Shown: positions 38,701 through 51,551, counted from the first letter of the stretch. The stretch is DNA of 64,000 nt from Laetmonice hystrix (GCA_965235115.1 OZ249436.1:10232001-10296000), one strand, 5' to 3'. The notes: generated by a model not told the origin, from the letters alone. Program-made: numbers and translations.

Positions 38701-41270
38701 CCCTTAACACATTTAAACCAATTCTAATACCTACCACCAGTAGTATCAGAACTTTCTGGAGAAGAGGAGGTATTTAAATGGGAGATATATGTAAACAAAG
38801 TTTGAACGTTGCAGAAGAAGTACGCTTTGCTTCCTATCCAGCACTTTTTTACAGCTGTTTTACAACCTCTATGAATGTGTTACTCTTTCAGTCTCTGGCA
38901 GATTGGCATTGACTACCTGGATCACTGCCCACAGTTTGGCAGGTAGGAACTCCTGCTTGTCTATTATTTACAAGACCGTCGCTAGCCAATATCAGATACA
39001 ACAGGTCTTTTACAAGACTGTCCCCCCAACAATATAATGTACATGGTTGGTACATGGACTTTACTTGTTTTTTTATGTCTATGACTGAAAGGTATTCATA
39101 TTTGCAGGCCATACTTGGAACACTTTGTAGAACACCTTCCCTTAGAAACAGAGAAAAAGGCACACAAGGTCCTGCGTCTGTGTGAACATCGAGGCATGAC
39201 TGATCAAGGTAGGCACTTCTATTGATTACTGTGCTGGCAGTCTTAGTATGGGATAATCATGCTATGGACATGTCATGTATCTTCATAGTTTTTAAGAGCA
39301 TTTAGTTAAACCTTTGTTTATCCAATTTCTTAGTTTAAATCTTTACTTACTGCTAATTCTAACGGTTAAGTTAAGTCGTGGGATGACTGTGTCTGCCATA
39401 CTCACTTTTATTTACTTTACCTGCCTGTACAAAACCCACAGCTGCTAATAGAAATATTTTTGCAGTGCGGAGTATCTGTAAAGTTGTGGGGATGAAAGCC
39501 CTTCACAGCGGGAGATTGGGCTCTGCCCTGTCCTGGGCACTTCGGTCTAAGGTAGGCTGCTGATGTGTGCTTGTTTACTCTTGACAATTTTGGTCAAATA
39601 GATATTTATCTATTTACAAAAGTATATATATATAATTTATTTATTCCCATTTCCTTCATTAGCACTAACCTAACTGCCATCTTCAGCTGTTATTCTGTCA
39701 TTCTTTGTTTACCTTTTCTTATAGGATGTTGCTTTTATCACGTTCCTTGCGGAAAGGTAAGTATGAAGAAGATATAAATTTATATAATGTTTTTGAGAGT
39801 TGAATTGCCTTTCTTTGTTTTAATGCAACTGATTTTGTTAATATCATGTATTTTGGTATCTGCCAGGTTCCTGACTGAGTATGGTGAAAGTGGCGACTTC
39901 AGTAACCTAGACCTCATCGATCATCTGGAGTCATCCATGCTACTCAGCTCCAAACTCACATTCTTGGGTTAGTTTATCCTCATGCCATACTTGTAAAATT
40001 ATTGTCCTGATATCGGTCACTATGGACTTGATGTGCGAGGATATTCTCTTAATAATCATTCCAAGATTATGCTTTGTTTTATACTTTCGTCAAGATTAAA
40101 TTGCAAACGTTTGAGTTATGTGTTACAGGGAAGTATCGTGAGTTCCATAGACTCTACGAGGATGGAGACTTTGCTGCTGCAGCATCTCTTTTGTTGTCAC
40201 TCCTCACAGCCAAGTTGGCACCAAAGAAGTAAGTATAGAATTTCTGGGGGGCAGGGGGGCAGCTAATCTACTAATGTTTTAAATGGGATGACACTCACAA
40301 CATGGATAAATACCAAAACAAATGTTTTGTTTTTCAGGTTCTGGCTGACACTACTCACAGATGCCCTCCCATTGTTAGAGGCAGACGAAGTGAGCTCTTG
40401 TTTTCACATTTTTTAGTGTTGCATGTATGTAAAAGGGCCTTTAGAATAAAAGACCACTCAAGGCTTTTCTAAACAAAAGTTCCCATTCTAGGTGATAATA
40501 TATTAACCTGTGAAGTGTTTTTTTCACCTATCCACATTTAAGTATTTCTGACATGACTATTGGCTTTGTCAATATTTAAAGAATTGCAGTTAAAAGCTGG
40601 TTTTGTTTCATAAAAGGTGATCTTCAGTAGCCAGCAAACATACGAATTGATGCACTGTTTAGAGGAGCTAGGACTTGAGGGAAGGTTAGCTGCAAAAAGA
40701 GTCGGCAAAGAAAAACAAAAGATGCAGGTAAGGTTTCTCTTGGAAAGAGTTCTTCTATAAATTGATAATGTTGCTATCTGGAATCCATTCTTCAAGCCAT
40801 GCCTGGTTGTTTACCTGGCATTGCCTTGAACAACCAGTGAAATTCATTGGTACATCGCCCAATGAATTTCATTGGCTCTTCAAGTCCATGCCAGGTCAAC
40901 GATTTTGTCAACAACCAGCCATAAGGCGATCACTTCATAGCAACAACAAACAACTAGAAAGTTGGATTTCATTAGATTTCTCCATTGCTGTGGGTATACA
41001 TGTACATTTATTGATTTATATAGTATAAGACCTTATCTAACCCAACAGCCCATATCTTCAATTTGGAGTCATTGAACTAAGAGATAATCATGAATGGCTT
41101 TAATTTGTTACATTAAATTTAATATAGATTTTCTAATTCTGAAGTTACCAGTGTGATTGTGTTGTGTGTTGCAGACTGAAACTGAGGAAGACAAGTTGGA
41201 ACTACTCAAACTGGCCCTGGCCCGGAATCTGGCCCGAGCCACTGTCAGCAATGGTTCACTGAAAGTATGA
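23742..41270 (+). CDS. NUP85: Nuclear pore complex protein Nup85 (Y-complex), 21 coding exons, 655 aa
   Basis: Exons: 23742-23774, 26435-26531, 26830-26934, 27275-27335, 35798-35868, 36154-36267, 36582-36703, 36933-37058, 37296-37418, 37611-37846, 38037-38120, 38482-38547, 38892-38942, 39108-39208, 39466-39551, 39725-39756, 39867-39967, 40129-40228, 40338-40389, 40617-40727, 41175-41270. GT-AG, phases consistent, 1968 nt. Peptides [109 protein letters not shown] and [10 protein letters not shown] match vertebrate NUP85. The first two exons are the least conserved. Confidence 0.95.
24005..25170. mobile_element. Non-autonomous DNA element with inverted arrays of short subterminal repeats (GGTGAACTCGGCCCA-like) in NUP85 intron 1; unclassified
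   Basis: About 4-5 copies of ggtga(a/t)ct(c/t)ggccca at 24005-24085 and about 6 reverse-complement copies (tgggccgag(a/t)tcacc) at 25055-25167. No TSD was found for this outer element. Confidence 0.6.
24180..24539. mobile_element. Nested MULE-like MITE with 8-bp TSD and internal telomere-like ctaacc repeats
   Basis: Inverted subterminal repeats tttcggccgcctgccagttcggccgcccgtat (~24193-24223) and atacgggcggccgaaccggcaggcggccgaaa (~24496-24527). Flanks ccctggcc at 24172-24179 and 24540-24547. The superfamily is inferred from TSD length only. Confidence 0.55.
25734..26341 (+). mobile_element. Probable solo LTR (Gypsy-like, 608 bp) in NUP85 intron 1
   Basis: TGT...ACA termini and 4-bp TSD ctgt (25730-25733 and 26342-26345). 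Internally a TATA-like tatatata (~26203), a GA-repeat and AATAAA (26286) about 50 bp before the end, in U3-R-U5 order. Confidence 0.6.
27527..27895. repeat. 21-bp tandem array (tgtatttaatacagaaagttt) inside the left TIR, ~17 copies; inverted copy at ~35136-35503
   Basis: Read directly. The unit has a near-palindromic core, gtatt(t/a)aatac. Confidence 0.95.
28435..29181. mobile_element. PIF/Harbinger-type MITE with TTA TSD
   Basis: tta|ggggcagaccattta ... taaatggtctgcccc|tta. Confidence 0.85.
28658..28975. mobile_element. hAT-like MITE with 5-bp TSD nested in the Harbinger MITE
   Basis: tctgt|cataggcgccgga ... ttctggcgcctatg|tctgt. Confidence 0.75.
29965..30238. mobile_element. MITE with GGCGGATCCAG-type TIRs (related end at ~16260-16276)
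   Basis: cactggcggatccagg ... ctggatccgcctttg. No clear TSD. Confidence 0.6.
30848..31775. repeat. Tandem repeat, ~140-170-bp unit, about 6 copies
   Basis: Recurring attcatgtgaacgagggcaa...ctagaaatg...gcaattttagatgcggctaccccc...gacagcaacccccaaggggg. Confidence 0.9.
32382..32807. mobile_element. Harbinger-like MITE with internal hairpin, apparently interrupted by a minus-strand retroposon 3' tail
   Basis: TIR gggcccgtctcactaaaggctggttaataac / gttattaaccagcctttagtgagacgggccc, flanks cac/cag. Internal palindrome at 32414-32502. Poly-T plus tttatt and a stem-loop at 32506-32585. Confidence 0.75.
33548..34570. repeat. 22-bp minisatellite (cacatcactcacgtcactcgcc consensus), ~45 degenerate units
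   Basis: Read directly. It is the source of the spurious His/Thr/Ser-rich ORFs 33440-34066 and 34071-34361. Confidence 0.95.
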
Positions 41271-41792
41271 TCTCATAATGTGTCTACACAAGTCTGACAC
41301 AGACACCCAGAGACCTCAAAGATAATTTCAAATTTGGCAGAAAAGGACACAATGACATTACTCAAAATGGTAACAAGTGCCCCAGTGTTGAGTGCAAAAG
41401 AACAGCAAAACTTAATACATATGTATTATTGCCATGCCTGGAGTATGACTTTGGCAGTAATATTGAACATGCTTTGTAGGAATGTATAACGTAACTGTCA
41501 TTATTGAAATACATGTGTATCTGCATACGACCCAGTAAAGATGTCGGATCCGTCAAGTGCTGATGTATGTTTCGGACATGAATAGCATTGGAATGTAAGG
41601 TTTGAAAAATAACTGAAACTATATACAGATTCTAAAAAATGTTAACCTTTGCGAAATAAAACAAGAATTGGTTGCATATGAATTCTTCTCGTTTTCTTTT
41701 CTCACATCGCAAAGTACCCTTAGTGTTGCATTATCTAGGAAGTTTTACATAATAAATCTCGGATTCCACATTAACTGGACTTTTTGCATTAA

Positions 41793-42084
41793 AACGGTCC
41801 CACGGTCAATAAAAGTCATGGAAAATGAAATTTGGTTTTCCAGGCCTGGAAAAGTCATGGAAAATAGAAAAACGAGGGAGAGTCATGGAATTTAATTTTT
41901 TTTGAACCACATTTCAGTTTTTGCATGTTATGTCTAAGTTCCACGGCAGACTATATAGGGGGAATTCTGGGATTTTAGTGTATTTTGTAATTTTATCCAG
42001 AATTGGTAATGAAATTTTGGAGTTTTGGTCTGGAAAACTCATGGAGAAATGAAATTTCAATATAGCCAAGCTGTGGGAACCCTG
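41793..42084. mobile_element. hAT-like MITE (ggaaaagtcatgg subterminal repeats) between NUP85 and TMEM104
   Basis: acggtcccacgg ... ctgtgggaaccctg, with repeated aaagtcatggaa motifs. Confidence 0.6.
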
Positions 42085-43171
42085 TAAACGGAGTGGATTC
42101 TGATAATGGGATTACCATGGGTGTGTTCAACAGTTGTCATAGTATGGAGTCGTGACAAAAGCATCCCGAAGGAGTCAACCAAAGATTTCTGATGTCCGTT
42201 AAATACACATGTACACGAAAGCACTTGATAGACTTTGCAAAAAGCATTCTGACTAAGCTAGTTGAAGACTTCCACAAGGCCCCACACGGACGGGATTTTC
42301 GTGCAAGGGGCTCCAAATAGCACTTACTTGAATACAATATTTTCCACTTGCATACAATAAGTTCACCTTTTTAAGTCAAGAAATTCTGAGTTCTCTCAAA
42401 TTTGGTTCAGTATAAAACGAATGCAAACCTTTCATGTATATTTCCATAAGGACTTTATTACAACAGATGGCAAGTTTTTTCACCAGAGTATAATAGTTTA
42501 CATGTATTGACATCTTATCTAAACACATTTTACAAAGTCCTGTTTATATCCTCACGTTTTTGTGCCTTGGTATTGTATTGCACTATTTTTACAATGAAAA
42601 TAAATGTTTGGTGTGACCTGAGATAACATTTTAGCTGTAGTCCAGTATCTGGAGATATCTCCGTGCCACCATTGTCTGATAACCAGTGACCCAGAGTCAA
42701 CCCCCAATATAGCAATACACACGTATTCTCTATCAGTCAAACTTTCAATATCTTTACTTTATTTAATCGTGAAGATAGGGAGATTGACCTACTGTAGCTG
42801 ATATAATTTACAGACACAAATCCCGCTCTAACATTTGACGTGAGGTTAGCCCCTGCACTTACTTTCTGATTTTAATCTTACACTTTTTTGCAAGGTTACT
42901 GGCTTACGATCAGAGAGATCTCCCATGACCAATTTCAGACATTGCACTAAGCTTTTTATAACAGTTTTGTAATAATAATAATATATTAAATGGTGCTGTA
43001 ACTGTAAAAATTTACCAAATTTTCTGACGGCTTCAATAGTCTTCTGATATCACAGCACGAAGCCATACCAACTACTCGGAACATCACTTCTTGGTTCCAT
43101 ATGACGTAATAGACAGAAAATGAGAAATAACGTTTGGTCTATTAATACTGGTACTAGGTATTAACGTTCTG

Positions 43172-46100
43172 TTATTGTTTCGTCAAAATGTGATTAACCG
43201 TGACGAAAACCATACAGATTATAGCCCAAGTAGCAACAAACACAACCCAAAATACATGCTTGAACGGAGAGCAGTGTTGGTTCAGTGTCCCGCTACCCAT
43301 ATTGTTGGACACGTCTCGGCGTGCACAGAATACCAGAGCTGCAGGAATAAGGTATTGCACGCCTGCCCCAGCATATGATCCCGTAATGCCCACCAAAATC
43401 TCCACCTGGTTAGTGGCAAAGGCTACCGCAATAGGTGGAACTATAGCCATAACAGGGAAAACTACTCGATGAACAACAACCGAATATTGCTTGTCTTCAC
43501 TGAGACACATAGTCTTAAGGTTGTTTCTTAGTGTAATCCCAATGATTGGAAAATTGGTGCTCAGAGTGAAAACTGGGAATAATGCCAGGAAATACTGAAT
43601 GAAGATAACATTTGTTATTGGGTTTTGGCCTTCACATGAGTTGGGTTGAAAGTTTAACGTGTATAAATCCTGAATATTGGAAAAGCTGAATATTCCTGTG
43701 AAAGACAAGATGCAATAGAAGATCAAAATCAGTACATAATCTCCTGCAAACAGCCCGAACAATTTCGATTTATTCCTGATTGGTGTGGCCAAGGATGGCA
43801 GTGAATGATGGCACATAAATGAATACACACAAACTCCAAATAATGTGGGAACACCTGCAAAGTTTGCAATGACTGGATGTCCCTGGCCTTGACCCTTTGC
43901 AAGCCGGATAACTGCCAAGATGATCATCATGCAGAAGGCTGAAACAAATAGTAGTAGCGCTCATTAAAACAAATCTTCACTAAATTTCTACCAAGTGACT
44001 CAGTCAGGTGACTGTTCATCATTCCTCACGTTACTTTTAAAAACTTATTTTACTGTGACGTTTTAATCAAGGTAGCATCTTTGGGCGGACACGTTGGTCC
44101 TATGCTACATCCTACAAACATGTTACTTTTATGGTAATTGCATACCTGCCAACATTTGGTCGACAGAATCCGGAATCATCCCAAATTGACTTTTGATATT
44201 CTCTCCAAATAACTTATATGGGCCCCCTTTCTTTTATTCATCTCTCTCTTCCTCTCCATTACTGACAGAAAGCACAACTCTGATTTAATAAACTTAGTTT
44301 AGAGATCTAGTTACCGTATATGTCCTATTTGCCGCGCATGCGCGTGTACAGAAGGGGGGTGCGCGGCAAATGAATTATTTTAACGTTAAGGGGGCATTTT
44401 CTTTCCAAATAGGTCCCCAATATGAGTCCCAAATATGAGTTTTCCCAAATTTCCACCCCTGACAAACACATTGGGTTTTAAAAAATGCTGGGGTGCGCGG
44501 CAAATAGGAGGTGCGCGGCAAATAGGACATATACGGTATATGGCAGGGACCATAAACGATCTTTTTGCCAGTGAAACTCTGCCATGAGCGAGAGATTTAA
44601 CATGTATTTGGAGGGAATCTATACTTATTCTGTAAATTTTATGATTCCGTAATATTTAGAGAGTAATGCGGAATGTGGAATACCTCATTCAAATGCGGAA
44701 AGATTCCGCAGAATGCGGAAGGGTTGGCAGGTATGTAATTGAGTAACTGCTTGAGTACATGTCTGACTGAGTTGTGAAACATCATCTATAGACATATGCT
44801 ATAGAGGTTGAAAATAACGATTTCGATGATTCTAAATGTTATCATATGCTCAGAGAAATATCTACCTAGCCATCGCATGAGTGTGGTAAAAAGCTGGAGG
44901 TACTTTGTTTTCTGAACATTGAAGAAGAAAAATGGTGACATCAGTACTGTGAAGATTGCCTGTAAAATAAAAACCACACAAGGATGAGGCTATATTCAAC
45001 AGATCGTTTTCTCAGAGTACATTTTATCATATAGAAGTGATTATTGGGTCTTATGTGGGACGGACCAATTAGCCAACATAAACAAAATCCGATCATAAAT
45101 AACACATGAACAACTGAATGTTTGTTTTATAAAAAAGAATATTCCCTCACCCTCCCCCATTACCAGTCATTTAAAAAGTACCTCAAGACGCAAAACAGTT
45201 TTGTAATTCTGTATTTTCTACAATTTCTACAATTTCTGTCAACTCACCAGGAAGATTCTGTATGCATTGATCCGATTTATACCAGTACCACTCCAGCACG
45301 GGTCGGATTCCGCCAGGCTTGTGTTACTACAGTTATCTTTCAAACCTTTGTACGTACTGAAAAGTTTTTAACATCTTTTTATCAGAGAATGTTTTACAGT
45401 AGTACCGGTATATATAAGCTGAACAATATAAAGCAACTCTATATTGTGTACTCTATTATACAGTCATATTTTGGAATATAGCCCCATCCTGATTTACGAA
45501 GAATTAAGAAAATGAACATGTTTTCTTACTTCTACTTTATTCCACTACACAAAGATATAAAAAGAAATTGGTGTTGCTACTTGGAAAACTACCACCCTGT
45601 TTCAAAATTGTTTAATGACTGAAAAACTTTCTCAAGTTTTGTTTTAGAGAAATCTTTATTTTAGTTTCCAAATTTCCAAAGAGCTAGACTATTATACAAA
45701 AGGTATCACTGGATACTAACCACGCCACATCACGAAGAGACTTGGGTACTGCTGCTGCATATATGGCTAGGTCTCCATACAGGTAGATGACCATGCATAA
45801 GTAGAAGAACACCACACCCGCTGAAGAGAAATAGTCATGTAAAAACTACAAGAAAGTTCTTAATGTTGTGTGAGGTAGCATGCTATCTTACAGTATTGGT
45901 CTGACTGCTATTCTACCAGACTGCTTGTAGGCAATGTTACCGGGTAATCGTTTCCTCTTCGATAACCATCGCCATATAAAGGACCCCAATGTGCTGTCTC
46001 AAAAAGTGGCACATGCCACACTCAGAACTCTTTATATATGTTTATAATTTCTATTGATTAATCAATAATGTAATGTTTAATAACATACCTTTATTGAAAA

Positions 46101-49100
46101 ACATTGAAGCCATCTGGCCCTAAGAAAGAAAGAAAGAAAAATAATAAGAACAGCTTGTGAAATTACCGATTATCTATCGGTGCTTTTACAGCATAATTCT
46201 CTTTACAATAACTTAGAAAGTTTCTTTTAAACAGTACAAAGCCTATTTCTAAAAAAGAAACATAAATACTTATGGTACTTAATGCCATATTCTGGTTTTA
46301 ACCATCATAAACACATCAGTTTATAATGACAAGTTAAATCTTTTTACATCTGAATATTAAATTTGACACTGTTACCGAGTCTATGTAGCCAATATATATT
46401 TCATATATCAGGTAGTTGATATATAATCATCACCATTTCAATCCTCTCTGTTATGGCAAAGTAGTTTGTCCCATTGTCCTCATTGATATTGGCCTGGCTC
46501 ATGCCTGGAAAATTATAATTAATTACTGACCAATTACTGGAAAATTACTCTTTGATTTTTCATACTTACTTGATCTTAAAGAAACAAATACTTGATTACA
46601 TCTTAGAAGCAAAGCATAGAGAGAGCCCATATTATATATACCAGTGGTTTCCTATTTAAAAATGTTTTTCTATGAATATCAAAATATACCCAGTGAAAAA
46701 TTTCAGAAATCTTAAGAATAGGGTGAATGTTTGCACCTTTTATAAACTAACTATGCCTAACCAATCTTTGCTAAACCTGTGAAGAAAGAATTGCATGGTT
46801 ATTACCAGAAGCTTAATTTATTACACTATTCCAAGGTTTCCCCAGGGTAACTCACAGTCTAGGCCTATACGTACTAGTTTAAGTAAGCAAGCAGCTATTT
46901 GTTTTATCATTTAATGTGCCATGATGTGATCACCAAAAACATATACCAAACAACTTGTCCTTATTGGTTTTATCGAGAATTGTATCTTATGTTATGGTAC
47001 ATATGTTATTAATCTGATTTGATCAACTTAAGTTGGTTGAGATTGGGACTTCTGATCTCATCCAGGGTTGACTGTTAAAAATCATCCTGAATTTAAAGGA
47101 ATAGATTTGGAATGAACAAAAATACACTGAAGGTCCTCATCTCGCCCAGCTGAGATTAAAATCCTGATCCTTGCAGTCAGAATTATAATTTCATCTTTAG
47201 AAGTAGATTCAGTAATCTATCAAGTTCTAATCTCGACCATGATATACACCACCTTCGAATGAACCCCAGCCAAAGGTCAGGACATTTACCGGTAAGTACT
47301 TAAAAAAGTATAGCAAACACTTTTTCACACTACCTTTCTATAATCAAGCTTACCTTGACACTTCAGTCCCTGCATTGAGACTGGATTTGTGCTTAATTTA
47401 ACATCTGGAAAAGTGGTCCTTTGCTTATATTTATCAATTTAATTCACAAATTCACCAAAATACCACTCCCAAGGGTTTTCAAATATTAATTCTGGGGTCT
47501 CTATAATGCTCAAGTGTGTGGTATAAAGTTTCATGCTGGCACCTGCTTCAAGATATCTCTAACTCCTACACATCAGTATTATTATAGATCTTGATATTGA
47601 AGAAAGCAAATTTGTATATCTAGGACTGTAAGCATCTGCCTCACCATGAGCAGCACCCAGTAAGGGTTGTCTTTCATCTGACCCCTCCTGGTACTCAGCA
47701 GCTGCGGCACCTACACCAGCAGCACTTCCAGGTGATGTGTGACTCTGGCGAATTTAAATATGCTTTAGAACTTACTGTCAATATCAATCTATATTTCACA
47801 GACAATATCAATAACACAATGTATAATTTACAGTCAATATCAATCACAATATCAATCACACAATCTGCATAGCATACACTTAATACACATCTATAAACAT
47901 TGACCAATTCTTTTAACAACCCATAATAATGCTTTGTTAGTTTTGGCAGATTCAAATTCACATGAAGTCAATTGTTATCCCTAATTTGCAAGGTAACAAT
48001 CATAGCACAATTTACTTTTATCAGCACTTTACAACATGGGGGGGGGGCTTTCCTGTTTGAGGCCAGATTATAAAACTGGATGTAATGCAATGGCATAAAT
48101 TATTGAGGCCAAATATTTACCTTCAAGAACCAAAACTATATTTAGTACGATCTAAAACTAGTGTGACTTGCAGCAATAGAGTGCCCAATTAATGTTCAGG
48201 GGGGTCACAGGTGGATTTTTTGTAGGGTCTTGATTTTTTCTTCTCTCTCTTCTCTAAAGGGTCCTACTGTTGGGGTTATCTCAAGTGTGAAATCATTCCT
48301 ATTTTGATATGCTTACACATACCGGTACTCAAAGAATATCCACAAAACTATAATCTGCGAGTGCCCAGCAAGAAGTACCAAACCAAGGTTACCTTGTACT
48401 GGTTACAATTTTCCCACTTGCGAACTGCATTAGCTGCTGCCATAGCTTCTATCACAAAGGTTACAGTTAGGTAGCTGAAGTAAAATTAAACACACATAGT
48501 ATACATGTATATCTCAAAGATTATTCGAAAACGGAACACCAATCATAATTACACATCACTGGCACAATGCTAAGTAATACATAGATGCATTTTTTTTAAA
48601 CGCATCGAAGAAGTAAGATTTTAATGAGTCAGGAGATTGTTTAAGAGTCATAGAAGAAATTTCCTTCTTTTCCTTTTCACATGTCAACACATGTTTAATG
48701 CAAATCGCAAATATAAACAGTTTTGCCTAAGTAATAATTCTAGCAGTAGTCTCAGTAGAAAGATTTTACATCATACAGAGATCTGTTCAATTTTTTGAAT
48801 GTACTATCTGGTAAATTTATCATACGGTAGTAATATGGTTCACTCACCCCATAAATGCGAGAGCTGTGACTAGTATGAGACTAAGCAGCCAGCCAGCAGA
48901 ATCAAAGGCCTTTGGCATGGTCAGGGCACCAGTCCCCACAATCAAGTTGAACACATAAACCAAGCCAACCTGCAATTTTTTACAGAGATGCATCTTTATT
49001 GAAATTATTACCAGACTGGATGAAAAAAAAAAGTGATTACTTGAGGCTATGAGTATGATGAAGAGTAAAAAATGGCACTACCTAATCTGAGGGAGACTAT

Positions 49101-49279
49101 TACATAGGCTATTGCTGGCTGGCAATAGATCTATTTATAGTAATACTAATAGTACTATTACAGAAGAGTGGCAGTAGCAGCCATTAAAAGATCTTGGCAG
49201 TTCATAGATATGTCATGACATTTAAAAAACTTACACCTGGCGAGTACAAGGACCCGGTATCTGTTAGTTGTCCAGCCAT
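43172..49279 (-). CDS. TMEM104: Transmembrane protein 104 (SLC38-like amino-acid transporter fold), 11 coding exons, ~523 aa
   Basis: Exons (minus): 49235-49279, 48848-48969, 48393-48474, 47645-47744, 47354-47404, 46434-46504, 46089-46119, 45721-45820, 45248-45356, 44866-44959, 43172-43938. Peptides MAGQLTDTGSLYSPGVGLVYVFNLIVGTGALTMPKAF, FVIEAMAAANA, ERIEMGQMASMFFN, YLYGDLAIYAAAVPKSL, FFNVQKTKYLQ, FGVCVYSFMCHHSLPSL and FPVFTLSTNFPII match TMEM104. The two loop exons at 47.3-47.7 kb are less certain. Confidence 0.93.
44141..44735. mobile_element. hAT-like MITE with 6-bp TSD in the last TMEM104 intron
   Basis: taattg|catacctgccaac ... gttggcaggtatg|taattg. Confidence 0.85.
44314..44536. mobile_element. 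Tc1/mariner (pogo/Tigger-like) MITE with TA TSD, nested in the hAT-like MITE
   Basis: ta|ccgtatatgtcctatttgccgcgca ... tgcgcggcaaataggacatatacgg|ta (perfect 25-bp TIR). Confidence 0.9.
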
Positions 49280-50061
49280 CCTGTTGCCGCCCTGATCTAA
49301 GACACAACACTTCTGTTTCGACTATTAGTATTACATTATAATGTTACTTCATCTAGATCTCCACTTATCCTCCCCCTTCCCCTGGGTCCAAGCACCCCGC
49401 ACCGAGTCCCGCTGTTGACAAAATCAATGAACTTTGGCCGGAAATGAACTCTTTAACAGTGGCCGCACAGATCATTGATTATTATTTCTCGCGCGACGTA
49501 AGCGACATTATTTTTCGGTCTCGGCGCCAAAACTGTGAAGTTATCCGGTTTTTTCACGTGGCACTACCATAGAGTCAGAGACTATTGTTGGCCGAACCAC
49601 AGATTATTTTTTACTTTTTTACAGGCCAACAGCCCCTCGAATCAGCAGGTGCCCGGGCGGATTGGGGGGGGGGGGGGTTCCAGCATAAAAAGGCAAATCG
49701 AGCTATAGGCCTATATAATTTAGGGGGTCCGTTGTAAAAAAAAATCACTTTAGTTTTAGTTGTAAAGATTTCTTTGGTTCTTTCTTTCTATCTCCTTCTA
49801 GGCTTAATTGGCTAAATCAGGTGTTGCCACCTCCTCACTTGACAAAATCTTGGATTCGCACCTGACCGACTGTCCAACTGTGACGAAATGCATCAAGCTA
49901 TACAAGCAGGGTGGGCCTTGTTAGAAATATCGCTAAAGGGTCTATCTCATGAAGCGTATCGGCCTACATGGGCCTAATTAATCCATAATCTATGTAACTA
50001 TAATAATTATGCCTATGTATACGTGAAATGTTAATTTTCCACTACAGAATTAGCGCTGACC

Positions 50062-50399
50062 CAGTGGTGAACAGGGGGCAGGGGGCCATGCCCCCCCAAT
50101 ATTAGAGGAGGAGGGGCCATAGTATCACCCCCCCCCCCCCCCCCCCCCCAATTTACTAGGCCTAGGTATTTTAAATTTCCCCTGCATGGACTGACACTGT
50201 TCCCATTTTATGCTTGAAAGAAAAAGTGCCATCTATATAGTGGCCATCTTATTGTTCTCCATCTTTTGCTGGCGAGTCATTTATTTTAACACGTGGTCTA
50301 TGCCTTACCTCCGATAATGGTTGCCCCATAGATCTATACATGCGAGGGCATCAGACTTGCCCCCCCCCCCCCAACTTTGAATAGCTTCCGACACCCCTG
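50062..50399. mobile_element. hAT-like MITE with 5-bp TSD
   Basis: tgacc|cagtggtg...acacccctg|tgacc, with gcccccc subterminal motifs. Confidence 0.65.
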
Positions 50400-51358
50400 T
50401 GACCTGCTCCACATCCACAAAGTGGATCACACGGTTGAGGTTCAGGTCACGGGACCGAAGTTCATTCTGATATACATACAAAGCCCTGGTCTGCTAGCAC
50501 TTTATATCAGGACGGGTGTTACAGTTGCTCGTCAGGATTACGCCAACATCTAATGTGTGGACTTATAGATCTGAAACAACTAAGTCAGCAGAACTAGGCC
50601 TACGTAACCCCCGATAGGATCCTATACAGGGGCTTCACGCTCACACAGTCATCCTGGTTGAGGTGGGTGACTTGTATCTCATCATCATAGGCCTACTCGG
50701 CCTCCTAACCATTAATACGCTTGTCCCCAAAATACAATTATACGTCTCTGAAAAAGATGTTGTACAGGAAAAAATGTTAGTGAACCTAGTTTATGGCCGG
50801 GTAAAAGTTGATAGTGTCCGTTGACTTCAAGTAAAACTGCAATACATGTTGGCATACGTCCATGTTCATCATTCGTGCATGCGTTTAAGGATTAATCAAG
50901 GGCGGCACTGAATATACCACACCATCACACTCTAGTTGATCTGACTACAAGCCATACAGTGACCCCCATACCTTTGGGTGCCAAAGTGGATCGCTACCTG
51001 CGCAGTAGAACCGGTGCAACAGCTGGGCATAAGACCCTTTCGTATATAATATAGGCCCCTATAAGTTATTCAGTAAGATCGGGGCTCTCTTCGAATATTT
51101 GTGGATTGGGGAGGGGGCCTCGGGATGAGTGCTGTTGTAGGCCTATAGGAATAATTTTTAGGGGCCTATAGCCCAGGGTCTTATAACTGTTATATGGTTT
51201 TATACGATATAAGAGTTATATAAAAAGGCCGAAAACAGCCTGTTTTTAGGTCTATGCCTTTTTAGCACACTATATAAATGTAGGACTAACCGTCTCAAAA
51301 CGACGCCAAAGGCCTACATTCACTATCATTGGCGGGCATTTTTAAGGAAGCGCATCTA

Positions 51359-51551
51359 CAGGGACCACGGAAGTTTCGAAAGGGAGGGGGGGGTGTTCAG
51401 GAGTTGGGGGGGGGGGGGACTGCATGGAGGGTTGCAATTGGGGTGGCGGCGAATCGATTGGAATTTTTTATAAAAATGTATTGAATATTTGTATTGGGTA
51501 TCAAAAAAGTAGGGGGAGTCCCCCCCCCCCCCTCCGCTTCCGCCGTCCCTG
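51359..51551. mobile_element. MITE remnant (cagggac...gtccctg termini)
   Basis: cagggaccacggaag ... cttccgccgtccctg. TSD not conserved. Confidence 0.55.
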
